Origin: a virus
Taxonomy: Duplodnaviria; Caudoviricetes
DNA length: 64,000 nucleotides
Strand: one strand, 5' to 3'
Virus record (IMG/VR): IMGVR_UViG_3300032259_000003
Location: 12,589 to 76,588 of that record
In this document: positions 25,609-35,249 of the stretch, piece after piece
How the letters are laid out: every line of letters starts with the position of its first letter
How positions within the stretch are numbered: position 1 is the first letter of the stretch
Program-made: the position numbers and the translations under genes
Notes under the pieces: generated by a model
What the model saw: only the letters and a program-made list of their open reading frames with translations
What the model was told of the DNA's origin: nothing
The model's database searches: none

Positions 25609-25881
25609 ATGAAGGCTGAAAAGGTTCTAATTCCAATCGGGATTGCAGAAGATCCGACCTGGTGCAGGGCAATTTCTATAAACAATGATATGACTGTTCT
25701 CGACGTTAGTCAAAAGTTGACCATCGGCAATTTGAAGAACAGTGTTGGAGAGCGCCTAATGACATTACTCCTAGACGGCTATATATTACGTGTCGTTAGT
25801 GATAAGACCAACATGTTTATCGAGGCGGTGCATGAAGATTACCTTTTAGCAAACTATGATGCACAACAAGAAGGAGAGTAA
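25609..25881 (+). CDS. Hypothetical protein
   Basis: 90 aa, GGAG RBS. Confidence 0.6.
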   Translation: MKAEKVLIPIGIAEDPTWCRAISINNDMTVLDVSQKLTIGNLKNSVGERLMTLLLDGYILRVVSDKTNMFIEAVHEDYLLANYDAQQEGE

Positions 25882-25886
25882 CTAGC

Positions 25887-26063
25887 ATGATCGAGTTAAA
25901 CGAAGAACAAGAAAACAAGTTTTTGATCGGTGTCGTTGAGGCGCGGGCCGCGTTGGTGGCAATATTGAATATCACGGCTGATGAAGAATATCGCGCGGAC
26001 CTGCGGCAGGTGATCGCCAGCATTACCGACTTGCAAGACAAATATTCACCGCTGCCATTCTGA
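25887..26063 (+). CDS. Hypothetical protein (58 aa, below the ORF-track cutoff)
   Basis: AAGGAG RBS; reads MIELNEEQENKFLIGVVEARAAL...SPLPF. Same at 63642-63818. Confidence 0.65.
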   Translation: MIELNEEQENKFLIGVVEARAALVAILNITADEEYRADLRQVIASITDLQDKYSPLPF

Positions 26064-26160
26064 TGCACATCTTATTCTGTTGTGGTCTGTGGTTGGTGGT
26101 ATCCTTTGCCGGGTCGCTATTGATAGCAAAGTTTATCAAGGTTGGCAAGGGATAAACGCA

Positions 26161-26196
26161 AAACGCGCGACTAGCTGGGTAGTAGTCGCGCGTTTT
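26161..26196 (+). terminator. Intrinsic terminator of the rightward operon
   Basis: 13-bp stem AAACGCGCGACTA/TAGTCGCGCGTTT followed by T. Copy at 63916-63951. Confidence 0.75.
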
Positions 26197-26260
26197 ATAG
26201 GATAAGGCGGGTAATGAATCCGCATTATCAGTCTAACAGATATTAACCTGATATGCAAAC

Positions 26261-26297
26261 GCAAAAAGCGCCGACTACGTTTAAATAGTCGGCGCTT
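26261..26297 (-). terminator. Intrinsic terminator after the lysin gene
   Basis: 12-bp stem AAGCGCCGACTA/TAGTCGGCGCTT followed by a T-run on the minus strand. Confidence 0.72.
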
Positions 26298-26342
26298 CCG
26301 ATGTGTAGCCTAGTCTAAATAACTAGAATTATAGTATAGCGT

Positions 26343-27914
26343 TTATTCGTTATTTTGCAAGTCGATCACGATAACTTTACCGATGGCCTGCTCCAATGTA
26401 TTATTCCAATTCCGAATTAATAGCGCGTAACCTTCGAGTAGCGCGGCGTGTGCTTCGGCTTCGGCTTGTGTTGCGAATCCCTGTTCAGGTAGGGGTAACG
26501 TGATAAACAGCTTGGTGTCGGGTTCCGGTTCGGGTTCCGCTGGCACATAGTCCGTTAGGGTTACATAGTCGCCATGAATCCAACCCAACAAGTTGAATAG
26601 TCCATCCTCAACCGTTACACTTGTATCGGTATCGAATCGGACCGGTAACCACGGGCCGTTTTGCTCTTCTCTCAATACGTAACCGTAACGCTGGTTAATG
26701 GCCAATATCGGCGGGTTGGTCGGGTCAGTGTTGGGTAACGCGCGGACATTCACCTTATAATTACCGTTGGGTGTGAATAGAGCAGGTTTCCATCGTGGGT
26801 CAGATAATTCTATCATTGGCTCCTCGTTTTCCGGTTCGTTATTCTCTCGTAGCAATTCAGACCACGTTATCATATAGTTGTGTAGTTCGGTATCGGCTCC
26901 AAAATTAAATGCGTCGATGGTATCCCAATTGTCACCAAAGGACCACATGAACGGCAAAAACCCTTCGACCCAATTATTATAATTCTTCTCGGCCCATATC
27001 CACTGCTCCCAAATGGCCAGCGAGAGTGTCCACTCTGGCCAATAGTATGCCCAAAGGTATTCATGAGAATAAGCGCCGCGCATCGTCCAATAGGGTAGGG
27101 GGACGCCATGCTGGTTCTCAAGAATATCATACATATTCGTGCCGTCGTTGGCCTTCACATCTGGGAACCGATCAAACCCAAATTCTGTAAATACAAACTT
27201 TACAGGGTCTAGCCCTAATCCAAATATGGCGCGGTGCTGTAACCAAGTCCAGCGGAATTGATGATAATAGTAAGGGATAAATTCCACGCGATAGTCGGGT
27301 AATATCCGCGCTTCGTCTTCGTTATCGAGGTATAACCATGTGTCAGGGTGTACCCGTTCCTTATAGCGCAGGTCATCAGCTAACCACCGCGCTTGTCCAA
27401 GTGGCAGTAAGAGCGCGGCATACTCATGATAGCCCAGTTTTAGCACATCGCTACGAGTCGATAAAACACGCAATAGATAATCATACGCGCCAGCTTGTAG
27501 ATGGTTCCTATCAATGCTACCGGCTGCAAAATTACCAATCACGCCCTTATAACCATTATCAGCTAGATGGATCGACACATCAGCCAACCAATTATTCCGG
27601 GCGCGGCACTCGGCCTCAGTCCCGACGTTTGGCTCGTTGAGGACATATTTCCATATATGCCGTCTACCATCCATCAAACCATTGGCATAATTAATCGGGT
27701 CTTCGTTACGCCACTGGTCCCCCTCTTTTGTGGAATAGGCGCGGTCAATAACATTTGTTTGGCCTTGTGTCTGACTGTAGATGGCTTCTGCTATGTCTAC
27801 ATTTGACATAACAAGCATCCAGGCCGGCCGGGTTTTGTCAATGTAATCTAAAAAATATTGAACATTGCCCAACCGTTGGCCATTGGCATTATATCCCCAC
27901 CGAAAGGTATTCAT
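26343..27914 (-). CDS. Putative endolysin: clan GH-A-like glycoside hydrolase plus SH3-like domain
   Basis: VLNEPN and FVFTEFGFD (acid/base and nucleophile-like motifs), then VNVRALP...GWIHGDYV. Last gene after the tail, next to a holin-like gene. Confidence 0.6.
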   Translation of the reverse strand: MNTFRWGYNANGQRLGNVQYFLDYIDKTRPAWMLVMSNVDIAEAIYSQTQGQTNVIDRAYSTKEGDQWRNEDPINYANGLMDGRRHIWKYVLNEPNVGTEAECRARNNWLADVSIHLADNGYKGVIGNFAAGSIDRNHLQAGAYDYLLRVLSTRSDVLKLGYHEYAALLLPLGQARWLADDLRYKERVHPDTWLYLDNEDEARILPDYRVEFIPYYYHQFRWTWLQHRAIFGLGLDPVKFVFTEFGFDRFPDVKANDGTNMYDILENQHGVPLPYWTMRGAYSHEYLWAYYWPEWTLSLAIWEQWIWAEKNYNNWVEGFLPFMWSFGDNWDTIDAFNFGADTELHNYMITWSELLRENNEPENEEPMIELSDPRWKPALFTPNGNYKVNVRALPNTDPTNPPILAINQRYGYVLREEQNGPWLPVRFDTDTSVTVEDGLFNLLGWIHGDYVTLTDYVPAEPEPEPDTKLFITLPLPEQGFATQAEAEAHAALLEGYALLIRNWNNTLEQAIGKVIVIDLQNNE

Positions 27915-28156
27915 TAACCTACGGTTTCAGTGGGTTCATCTTCGCCGCGTGACGGTCTCAAATTATTGAGCATACGCGCGAATCCTATTAGTATATCATC
28001 AATTGTGGTCTTCGTCTTCGATGCTAACCGTTGCGCTATATCAAGCAAGCGGTTGACTTCTTGTTTTGTTACGTGGCGCTCGACTTTTAGACCTGCAATC
28101 ATCACAATGAGAATGATAATCATTTGTGTGACCTGGTTAAATGTTTGTGAATCCAT
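27914..28156 (-). CDS. Holin-like small membrane protein
   Basis: 80 aa, one N-terminal hydrophobic helix, coupled to the lysin gene. Confidence 0.5.
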   Translation of the reverse strand: MDSQTFNQVTQMIIILIVMIAGLKVERHVTKQEVNRLLDIAQRLASKTKTTIDDILIGFARMLNNLRPSRGEDEPTETVG

Positions 28157-28157
28157 G

Positions 28158-28334
28158 TTATGCCTCTTTCATGAGATATAAGATAAGCTGTGACTGTAAC
28201 GTCACAATTTGCATTAACGTCTCGATCTTTGCTTGTTCGGTGTTTTGATCTTCAAGGGTTGCCATAGTCCGTTTGAGTTGCTGTAATGCCTTATGCTTTT
28301 TTTGCTCCGGGTGTTGTGGTTTAATTTGTACCAT
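28158..28334 (-). CDS. Hypothetical protein
   Basis: Probable start MVQIKPQH at 28334; the longer ORF-track start overlaps the previous gene. Confidence 0.5.
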   Translation of the reverse strand: MVQIKPQHPEQKKHKALQQLKRTMATLEDQNTEQAKIETLMQIVTLQSQLILYLMKEA

Positions 28335-28755
28335 AGTCACCCACTGAGATCGTATTGAATCCGCTATTATACGGCGCAACGGCGCGACATATATATATAT
28401 CATAATCGCCCGTCTCAGGCTCGAATAAATCAATCCGCGCTTGTCCGTTTTGGGTCGGTGCATCACCCCAGGCATATAACCCGGTATTACGCAATACCAC
28501 ATAGACAAAACGCGGTTCTGCTATATCGGCAATACACGCTAACCCGTCAGCATGAACCGGCAACGTGTCCCATTGCTCTATTGCGGTGTCTGCTATAGTT
28601 TGCTGTGCGTCGCTTGCGGTGTCTGCTAGGTGTACCGTTGTCATTGTCATATCACGCGATACCCCAATGAGTAGATCACCCAACAAATAAGGATTAGCAA
28701 GTATTTTATGCAATACCTTAACCACGGCTGGCTTAGGGTTTGATACACCTATCAT
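28321..28755 (-). CDS. Hypothetical tail-associated protein
   Basis: 144 aa, TAAATG-coupled within the tail module. Confidence 0.55.
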   Translation of the reverse strand: MIGVSNPKPAVVKVLHKILANPYLLGDLLIGVSRDMTMTTVHLADTASDAQQTIADTAIEQWDTLPVHADGLACIADIAEPRFVYVVLRNTGLYAWGDAPTQNGQARIDLFEPETGDYDIYICRAVAPYNSGFNTISVGDYGTN

Positions 28756-29274
28756 TTATCCCTCGAATACCCCAAACTGTGGGTGTAAGTCGTGGTTTGT
28801 CGTGCCGGCTCCGGCCCACATTTTTGCATCGCCACCGCTGGTCTTCCAATGTAATTGGACGGTCTGAACGCCGGCCGTGGGTGCTGGGATATGATAAAAG
28901 AAACTTGCATTGCCTGCGTCGCCGGCGGTGTCTACCGTAACTTCTACAATACCATCATCGCCACCAACATACGCGCTATTGAGGTAAATGTCAAAATAGG
29001 TACGGTCAGCACCGTTGGACGGGTGCGTAATAGACCCTGCAAACCAAACGAATAACGGTCCGCCGGTTGTGGTGATGGCAAGGCCAAAACCTGCATCAAC
29101 TAGTGTAAACGTAGAGCTTGATGTGCTAATATCCGCGCCGGCGTTGAGGTTGTAATATTCGACGCTGTTCGCCCGGTCGTATAGGTGGTTAAAATTATCG
29201 CGTACATAGGTGTTTAAGTCGGTCGACGTTAAAGTTTCCGCGGCCCATGTTTTTGGGCTTGTCCAGTCGGTCAT
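28756..29274 (-). CDS. Tail tip/short fibre-like protein
   Basis: W..PKTW...TLTSTDLNTYVRDN N-terminus typical of phage tail-end proteins, followed by a beta-rich body. Confidence 0.6.
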   Translation of the reverse strand: MTDWTSPKTWAAETLTSTDLNTYVRDNFNHLYDRANSVEYYNLNAGADISTSSSTFTLVDAGFGLAITTTGGPLFVWFAGSITHPSNGADRTYFDIYLNSAYVGGDDGIVEVTVDTAGDAGNASFFYHIPAPTAGVQTVQLHWKTSGGDAKMWAGAGTTNHDLHPQFGVFEG

Positions 29275-29288
29275 GTTGTATTGCTCCT

Positions 29289-30878
29289 TTAGTAGCTAAT
29301 TAGATCAGGACCATCAATTACACTCGTATCAATAACAAAATACGGTGTCGTGCTATTGCTTCGTAAATACCATGTGAGGTTATATAAACCGGTGGCTATG
29401 TTATACTGGTGATATTCTCCCAATATAACATACTCTGAGTCGTGATTGCTCCAGGACTCTTCTATTTGGACGACATCGCCTATCGTCAGCGGCATAATAT
29501 CCGCAAAATTATCATCTGTTATCACAAACATAACCGACTCAAACACGCGCCGCATATCCTTATGGCGCAATACGGCAAAACCTGTTATTCCTAAGGCCAA
29601 CGAGTCATTAGTAATATAGTTGGATCGAATATCAGGAAGCGGTGTCCAATTGTACTTGTACATACTCGCCGGGTCTTTATCAATAGCAATTTGTTCGTCA
29701 TACGCTGTAACGGCGGTCCCGCGTACCTGGAATGTGTCAATGGTAACGGTTCCGTCGGTGGTATTGTTAAAATAGACGGTTCCGCCGGCCCCTCTAAGGT
29801 CTGTGCCGTCAAATACATTCAGCGTCACGTCGTTGCTTGAGGAGTCCGTGATAATTATATCCGTTCCGGCTACGGGGTCAATCACATCAAGCGCCGCGGC
29901 AGGTCTGCTAAAGTCATCAGGGTCTCGATATTTAACCCGTATTGTCTTCTCTTCGCCGGTTCGCATCTCTAACGGTACACTATCCGAGCTAAAGATAACC
30001 GCGGCCGGTGTGCCGACCTTGCGCGGCGTATAATGCAGTCGGACCTCATTATATACAGGCGTGGTCACACTGTTGGCTTGCACATAGTCCGCGCCGGTCA
30101 CTGTTAAGCTGGTTGCTGTGGACTTATCATGGAATCGGTTATGGAAATGTAGTTTTCCATCGCGTGGCTGGTAAAAGAACCGTCCAAATGCTTCAGCCAT
30201 ACACATATCCGCAACAAATAATTGCATCATTTGTTGATCTATCCCGGTGCGGCTCTCATGAATAATATCTCCGACGTAGTCCATTGTGGTCAAGCCGGTC
30301 TCAAAATTACTTATTAACGGCACATGGGTGGCGATGTCATACAGCACATCAGTTCCGTCTATTTGGCTATGGTCAATCATAAAATAGCTTGACGTGTAAG
30401 GTAACGGTAACACGGCCGATTCTATCATCGTTGTCAGCGCGGCTGATGTCGTGACATTCTGCGTGACTAGTGGTTCATAATGCGCGCGTTGTACCCGTGG
30501 CATAGCACAAACACAATTAAGCAAAACGGTTTGTTCCCCATACTGTCCAGGCGCTTCTATGAGTTGCTGTGCAAAATAGGTGAATGTATAACTTAGCGCG
30601 GCGTATGTAACCGTCACACGAACCATAATGCCGGTATATAACTTATCGTAGAATAGCGCGGTTGGGTTCTCAAATGATAGTTGACCGTCGCTATTGTCTA
30701 GAACCAATTGGAGCGCGTTTACCGGGCTGACATGCGCGGCAACGTTGCTTTCCACTTGGCCGACATTGGTCCAGCCACTTGTGAAGGATAACGCGTCAAT
30801 TACACGGTCGCTTATATCAGCAAGTGGATGGCTAAAGGTTCCATCTCGATCTAGGTCAATTGTTACTTTTATATCCAT
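29289..30878 (-). CDS. Tail tip/baseplate hub protein
   Basis: 529 aa directly after the tape measure gene, beta-rich. Confidence 0.65.
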   Translation of the reverse strand: MDIKVTIDLDRDGTFSHPLADISDRVIDALSFTSGWTNVGQVESNVAAHVSPVNALQLVLDNSDGQLSFENPTALFYDKLYTGIMVRVTVTYAALSYTFTYFAQQLIEAPGQYGEQTVLLNCVCAMPRVQRAHYEPLVTQNVTTSAALTTMIESAVLPLPYTSSYFMIDHSQIDGTDVLYDIATHVPLISNFETGLTTMDYVGDIIHESRTGIDQQMMQLFVADMCMAEAFGRFFYQPRDGKLHFHNRFHDKSTATSLTVTGADYVQANSVTTPVYNEVRLHYTPRKVGTPAAVIFSSDSVPLEMRTGEEKTIRVKYRDPDDFSRPAAALDVIDPVAGTDIIITDSSSNDVTLNVFDGTDLRGAGGTVYFNNTTDGTVTIDTFQVRGTAVTAYDEQIAIDKDPASMYKYNWTPLPDIRSNYITNDSLALGITGFAVLRHKDMRRVFESVMFVITDDNFADIMPLTIGDVVQIEESWSNHDSEYVILGEYHQYNIATGLYNLTWYLRSNSTTPYFVIDTSVIDGPDLISY

Positions 30879-32887
30879 TATTCAGGTATTCGCCCCCCGT
30901 TATTATTGACGGCTGTCTTCATCTGTTCCCCAATTAATTTTTGGCCGTTGGGGTCGTTGTATTTGACATCTACCTCGACCGTCACCTTAGTTGTATATTC
31001 GCTTCCGCCGATAGACTCCAATACACCGCCAACCTCTTCAATATATGAGATGCTTTGGACTAAACTCTCATTTAATGGGGCCATTGATATGTCTTTAGAT
31101 TGTCCATCTAGGATGACTAGCGCGCCCTCTATTTCTCCGATGGTTTGAATGACTGATTGCGCTTGTGACTCTATCCCCGTGTCGCCCTCTTCGCCCTCAC
31201 CCCCCCCAAATAAATTGCCGAAGACATTACCGGCTAGTTCACCGGCTCCGGCAATATTAGACTCAAATGATGGATATTTGGTCTTGAGCAAGTCAAGCCC
31301 GGCCGTTCCGATGATTTGGTTATCCGTTTGGCCACTAGTTACACCGGATGTTATGGTTTTTTCTAACCCCTTTAAGGCTTCGGTGGCTGCTTCGACGCCT
31401 AACTTTTCCGCAATAGACGCGATAGCCGGCGCGAATTGTTCACTTGTTGCGAGACTTAATTCCGTCTCTCGGCCACTCGCAAGGTCAAATTCACGCTGGG
31501 TTGCTTTTTGTAGGTCTTCATCTTCGATATTGGATAGGACCTGATCTCCTAATTCACCCACACGACCGCCTGACGTTTGTCCCTGCATTTGTGCTAGGCT
31601 TATGCTATCTAAGTCAACCTTAATTGCGCTGGCTTCGTCTCGCATCCCTTTAAATTTGTTAAGCATTAATTCGCCCTTTGCAAGCTGGTCATCGTTAATG
31701 ATGCCTTGCTCGTTAAGGTCTTTCATTTCTGCAAATGTGGCTTCCATTAATGCAATTTGTTTATCTAATGCGCCAATGTCGGTTGCTTGCGTAAACTTAC
31801 CCTGTCCGGGCAATACTCCGCCGTTATTGGTTGTAAAATCCATTAGCGTACCAAAGTGGTTCCCCTGGTTCATTAACATGCGCATAGCTTCTTGCGATTG
31901 TTCACGGGTAAAGGTTGCAAGTTGTCGCTCGGCAATGGCGTTTTGGGTTGCGACCAGGTCAAAGTTAAATGTGCCTGTGGATGCACCAAAATTCCCGCTT
32001 CCAGTTGCACCGGCTAGGTTACGCTCGGCCATAGTATCTTGACCGGCGGCTATTCTTGCGCCAATATTGGTGGTCGGATCGGCTGCTAAATTTTGTAAGG
32101 CCAATTGTGTCATCATGGTATCTAATATGACCAATTGCGCACCGGCTTCTACCGCCTTTGCCACAAACATGCCAAGTTCGGCGGTTGCGTTTTCTACTGA
32201 TGTTCTGACTTTAGCAAAAGCGGTTTCTCCCACTGTGGCCGCGTCGCCTAACCGTTCAATGGCGGCCGCACCCTGTTCCATGACGGCCATCTTAAAGGCC
32301 TCTTCACGATTCAACGCTTGGCCTGACTCCAATAATTCCTCTATACGCTGTCGGACCTGACTCGACGCGATGCCAAAACTATCAAGACGCGCGACGGATT
32401 GATTAGCCAACATTAAACTAAAATTCTCGATGGCTTCTCCAGCGGACTCTGTCGGTTTCTTTAATTTGGTCGCCATGTCTATCAGTTGGTCAACCTCTTC
32501 GGCGCTATTGGCCAACCCCATGCGCATTAATTGACCGGCTCCCGCCATTAAGTCGAAGTCAGACACAACATTTCCGGTTGTAGCACGAAGGGTATTCAAT
32601 AGCTTATCCGCGTCTTTGACGCCGCCGGCCATGTTCTGGAATATCGAAGTAACGCCTTGTACCTCATTGCCTAACTTATTAAGGTCACCTATTGCGCCTG
32701 CAACTTGCATCAAGCCATAACCGGCAATCGCGCCCTGAACTTCTTTTCCTATGCCCCCCAAAAAACCACCGTCTTTAGAAACCTTTTTACCCGTTTTTAC
32801 GGTCTTGTCCATTTCGGCGTTAAATTTTTTAAGTTGTGGTGTCGCGGTATCGGTTGCGCTTAGGATCACATTAATACGGTTTGACAT
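30878..32887 (-). CDS. Tape measure protein
   Basis: 669 aa, INVILSATDTATPQL start, helical Ala/Gly-rich, follows the chaperone genes. Confidence 0.85.
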   Translation of the reverse strand: MSNRINVILSATDTATPQLKKFNAEMDKTVKTGKKVSKDGGFLGGIGKEVQGAIAGYGLMQVAGAIGDLNKLGNEVQGVTSIFQNMAGGVKDADKLLNTLRATTGNVVSDFDLMAGAGQLMRMGLANSAEEVDQLIDMATKLKKPTESAGEAIENFSLMLANQSVARLDSFGIASSQVRQRIEELLESGQALNREEAFKMAVMEQGAAAIERLGDAATVGETAFAKVRTSVENATAELGMFVAKAVEAGAQLVILDTMMTQLALQNLAADPTTNIGARIAAGQDTMAERNLAGATGSGNFGASTGTFNFDLVATQNAIAERQLATFTREQSQEAMRMLMNQGNHFGTLMDFTTNNGGVLPGQGKFTQATDIGALDKQIALMEATFAEMKDLNEQGIINDDQLAKGELMLNKFKGMRDEASAIKVDLDSISLAQMQGQTSGGRVGELGDQVLSNIEDEDLQKATQREFDLASGRETELSLATSEQFAPAIASIAEKLGVEAATEALKGLEKTITSGVTSGQTDNQIIGTAGLDLLKTKYPSFESNIAGAGELAGNVFGNLFGGGEGEEGDTGIESQAQSVIQTIGEIEGALVILDGQSKDISMAPLNESLVQSISYIEEVGGVLESIGGSEYTTKVTVEVDVKYNDPNGQKLIGEQMKTAVNNNGGRIPE

Positions 32888-32899
32888 GGCTATACCTTT

Positions 32900-33091
32900 T
32901 TATCCGTGTAGCGCTTCGCTCAATGTGGCGTAGGCTTCCGGGCTTAGTTTTTTGTCATCAGCTAGGGCTTTAATGAGGTCTGATATTCTTACGACGCGGT
33001 CCCGTTCTTGCTTGAATAATAACTTCTTATCCCAATCAGGCAGCTCTATGAATTGGCTTACAGGCATACGTAATTGTTTACAGACTCTCAT
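32900..33091 (-). CDS. Tail assembly chaperone, second (T-like) ORF
   Basis: Small ORF between the chaperone and tape measure genes, overlapping the end of 33078-33548. Confidence 0.6.
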   Translation of the reverse strand: MRVCKQLRMPVSQFIELPDWDKKLLFKQERDRVVRISDLIKALADDKKLSPEAYATLSEALHG

Positions 33092-33548
33092 TAGATTCAG
33101 ACTGTAGGCGCTGAAATCGTTGCGCGGCGCTCTCGGCGCTCACCCCTTTGCCTAGTGTCCAGTTACGCAACCCGACAATTAAAGCATTAAAGGTTAATAC
33201 GTCAATCGCTTGTAATTGTTCGGCCTTCTCAAGTAAGGTTTCGGGTTCATTCCCCCCCCAATCTATTCCTTCCCCACCTTCCAGGCTCTCGACAACACGC
33301 ATGGCATTGCGCATCACTTCGGCTTCTGCATCTAACCGCCGCTGAGTAGCAAGATCCTGGATATAGTCTTTAGGGTTTTTGGGGTCTTTAATTTTAGGCG
33401 CTTCATCAGCGACGACTTGTAAGCCTATCTCATTCCATCGCATATAGGACAATGGTTTAAGTTCATATTCAGCCACCTGATTGCCGTCATTGTCATGTAT
33501 CACGATAAAAAAGTTTTCGCCTTTATGCTCGCTTATTTTAAATGCCAT
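33078..33548 (-). CDS. Tail assembly chaperone (G-like)
   Basis: Acidic 156 aa protein between the major tail and tape measure genes. Confidence 0.62.
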   Translation of the reverse strand: MAFKISEHKGENFFIVIHDNDGNQVAEYELKPLSYMRWNEIGLQVVADEAPKIKDPKNPKDYIQDLATQRRLDAEAEVMRNAMRVVESLEGGEGIDWGGNEPETLLEKAEQLQAIDVLTFNALIVGLRNWTLGKGVSAESAAQRFQRLQSESNESL

Positions 33549-33583
33549 ACCTTATCCTTTATATAGAGGGGAGACCGCCCCTA

Positions 33584-33985
33584 TTAGGCGGTCAATCCTG
33601 TTACGTTAATATCAATTACTAGCGTTGTCGTTGCGGTCGCATATCCTACTTCACTGATATACTCACCGCCCGTTAAGTCTGATTGTAGCTCAATGTCACC
33701 TGCCGTGCCTGATACTACCAAGCGCGTTTTGGCTGTCAATCCACCGCCAACCGTTAAGGTTGTGCCATCGGTCGCCACTAACACATATTCACCGCTTGAC
33801 GCGGCGTGTAGGGCGATCCCATAAACTACAGCGGTTGCAGCAGCACCGGCGGCGGCTTCTTTGACTTTGTTGTTGTCGGTTGTGTCAATATACACGGCTG
33901 CATGTTTGCCAATAGTCCCACCTGCAATACGGACCGTTGGCTTTTTGTCGGGTGTTGCGACTCCTGAGAATGTTACAGTTGCCAT
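33584..33985 (-). CDS. Decoration-like structural protein (DUF2190-like), homologue of 3374-3802
   Basis: YGIALHAASSGE...VVSGTAGDI pattern. Confidence 0.5.
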   Translation of the reverse strand: MATVTFSGVATPDKKPTVRIAGGTIGKHAAVYIDTTDNNKVKEAAAGAAATAVVYGIALHAASSGEYVLVATDGTTLTVGGGLTAKTRLVVSGTAGDIELQSDLTGGEYISEVGYATATTTLVIDINVTGLTA

Positions 33986-33997
33986 TTATGCACCCCT

Positions 33998-34444
33998 TTA
34001 ACTTATTGTGGTTTCAGTGATTGCGCCGTCCACATTAAACGTAATGCTTAAGAGTTCGGGATCACCTGCGCCGGCGGTCTTATTTGTGATTTGTGCACCA
34101 CCACCTAGACGGGCCTCAAAGTCATATTGGATTGACCCGGCTACCGCGTCGGGGTTTTGAATACGGAACGAGCGCGCGCCGCCCTTACTGGTTGCATGTA
34201 GCAACATGGCGCGAATATAACCTGCAAACGAGGTTGCGCTTGTATCATTATAGTAATTGACCGTTACCGTTGCCATGATGCCACCTTCGGACGCGCTGGC
34301 CCAACGGCTTGCAAGACTAAAATAGGTTGCACCGTTAACGCTAGGGTCAATTGTGATAGTCTGAATATCATCACTAACGTTCTGTAAAGCGTCGGATGCG
34401 TTGTCAAACTGTACGATTGCACTATCTTGAATTATGATTGTCAT
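33998..34444 (-). CDS. Major tail tube protein
   Basis: 148 aa with a beta-rich tube-like pattern, after the tail terminator. Confidence 0.65.
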   Translation of the reverse strand: MTIIIQDSAIVQFDNASDALQNVSDDIQTITIDPSVNGATYFSLASRWASASEGGIMATVTVNYYNDTSATSFAGYIRAMLLHATSKGGARSFRIQNPDAVAGSIQYDFEARLGGGAQITNKTAGAGDPELLSITFNVDGAITETTIS

Positions 34445-34791
34445 TATTTGTCACCTTCCACCGCCGGTTTTGACGGCTTGCTTGTTTTTTTAGTTGCGAC
34501 AATATCAAACTCTACCAACCGAGCATAGTCTTCGTGTGTCGCGTCCACAATCTCGATAGCGTATCCTAGCAATAAGTTTAGATCCTTTTGGCTACGTTCA
34601 GCCAAGAATGACGGACGCCATAAAATAGGGGGTGGGGCTTGACGCACATTTTGCACCGCCTCACCCGTCGCTATTTCGGTCACACCATCATCAGGGTTAT
34701 ACTTTCCTTCGTCGGAGAAGTATGTGCCTGATAGGATTACTTCTTGTGATTCACGCCTAACGAGATTGGTCAATGCTTTATAGATTGTCAT
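34444..34791 (-). CDS. Hypothetical protein
   Basis: 115 aa, coupled within the neck/tail module. Confidence 0.6.
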   Translation of the reverse strand: MTIYKALTNLVRRESQEVILSGTYFSDEGKYNPDDGVTEIATGEAVQNVRQAPPPILWRPSFLAERSQKDLNLLLGYAIEIVDATHEDYARLVEFDIVATKKTSKPSKPAVEGDK

Positions 34792-35249
34792 GTAACCACC
34801 TCTTTAACTTGTACCATCATTAACACGCCATAGTATTCATTCTCTGACCCTTCGGGGTACTCGAATTGGTTCCACTCATAGTCTATATTCTCAATGGTAA
34901 CGTGTTGTAACCCAAGTTTGCGCTGTATCTTAAATGCGGTTACATAATTGCCAACGTAGGCGACCAATTCCGGTAAACTCGATTGTAACCGTGAATTGCT
35001 CCCAACCGGCTTATATAACATCAAGTCCGCGATATTCCAGGATACACTTACCACATTGCCGAGCGATATATATTCCATGTTTTTACCGTCGTTCTCCCCC
35101 AATTGCATGGGAAAGACCACACGAGCCGGTGTGCCCTTGATAGACAACTGTGGGTTATCTACATCGAATATCACCGGCGTTTTACTCAAAGTATTCACTT
35201 CTATCTGACTGATGGCGTTGATGATTTGTAGAATTTGACTCATAACCAT
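34788..35249 (-). CDS. Tail terminator/completion protein
   Basis: Position after the connector; TPARVVFP...YYGVLMMVQV pattern. Confidence 0.55.
   Translation of the reverse strand: MVMSQILQIINAISQIEVNTLSKTPVIFDVDNPQLSIKGTPARVVFPMQLGENDGKNMEYISLGNVVSVSWNIADLMLYKPVGSNSRLQSSLPELVAYVGNYVTAFKIQRKLGLQHVTIENIDYEWNQFEYPEGSENEYYGVLMMVQVKEVVT

Larger units (their letters stand above)
1..26245 (-). mobile_element. Phage genome unit A (partial; head, packaging, accessory fibre, methylase, replication and early modules)
   Basis: Contiguous phage gene order: capsid, scaffold, portal, terminase, primase-helicase, rep, ERF, SSB. Gene-for-gene homology with 43994-64000. Confidence 0.93.
23801..26245. repeat. 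Long direct repeat, copy 1 (at least 2,445 bp, apparently identical to 61556-64000)
   Basis: All ORF translations are identical at offset 37,755 and spot checks of the DNA match. Not verified base by base. Confidence 0.9.

Noticed and set aside
23566-26100. ACCACCAACC/GGTTGGTGGT terminal inverted repeat around the rightward operon
   Set aside because: Only 10 bp, 9 bp in unit B; expected by chance over this length, and no transposase is present.
26246-26342. attL/attR or integration junction between the units
   Set aside because: Only two convergent terminators are seen, with no tRNA, host gene or integrase nearby.
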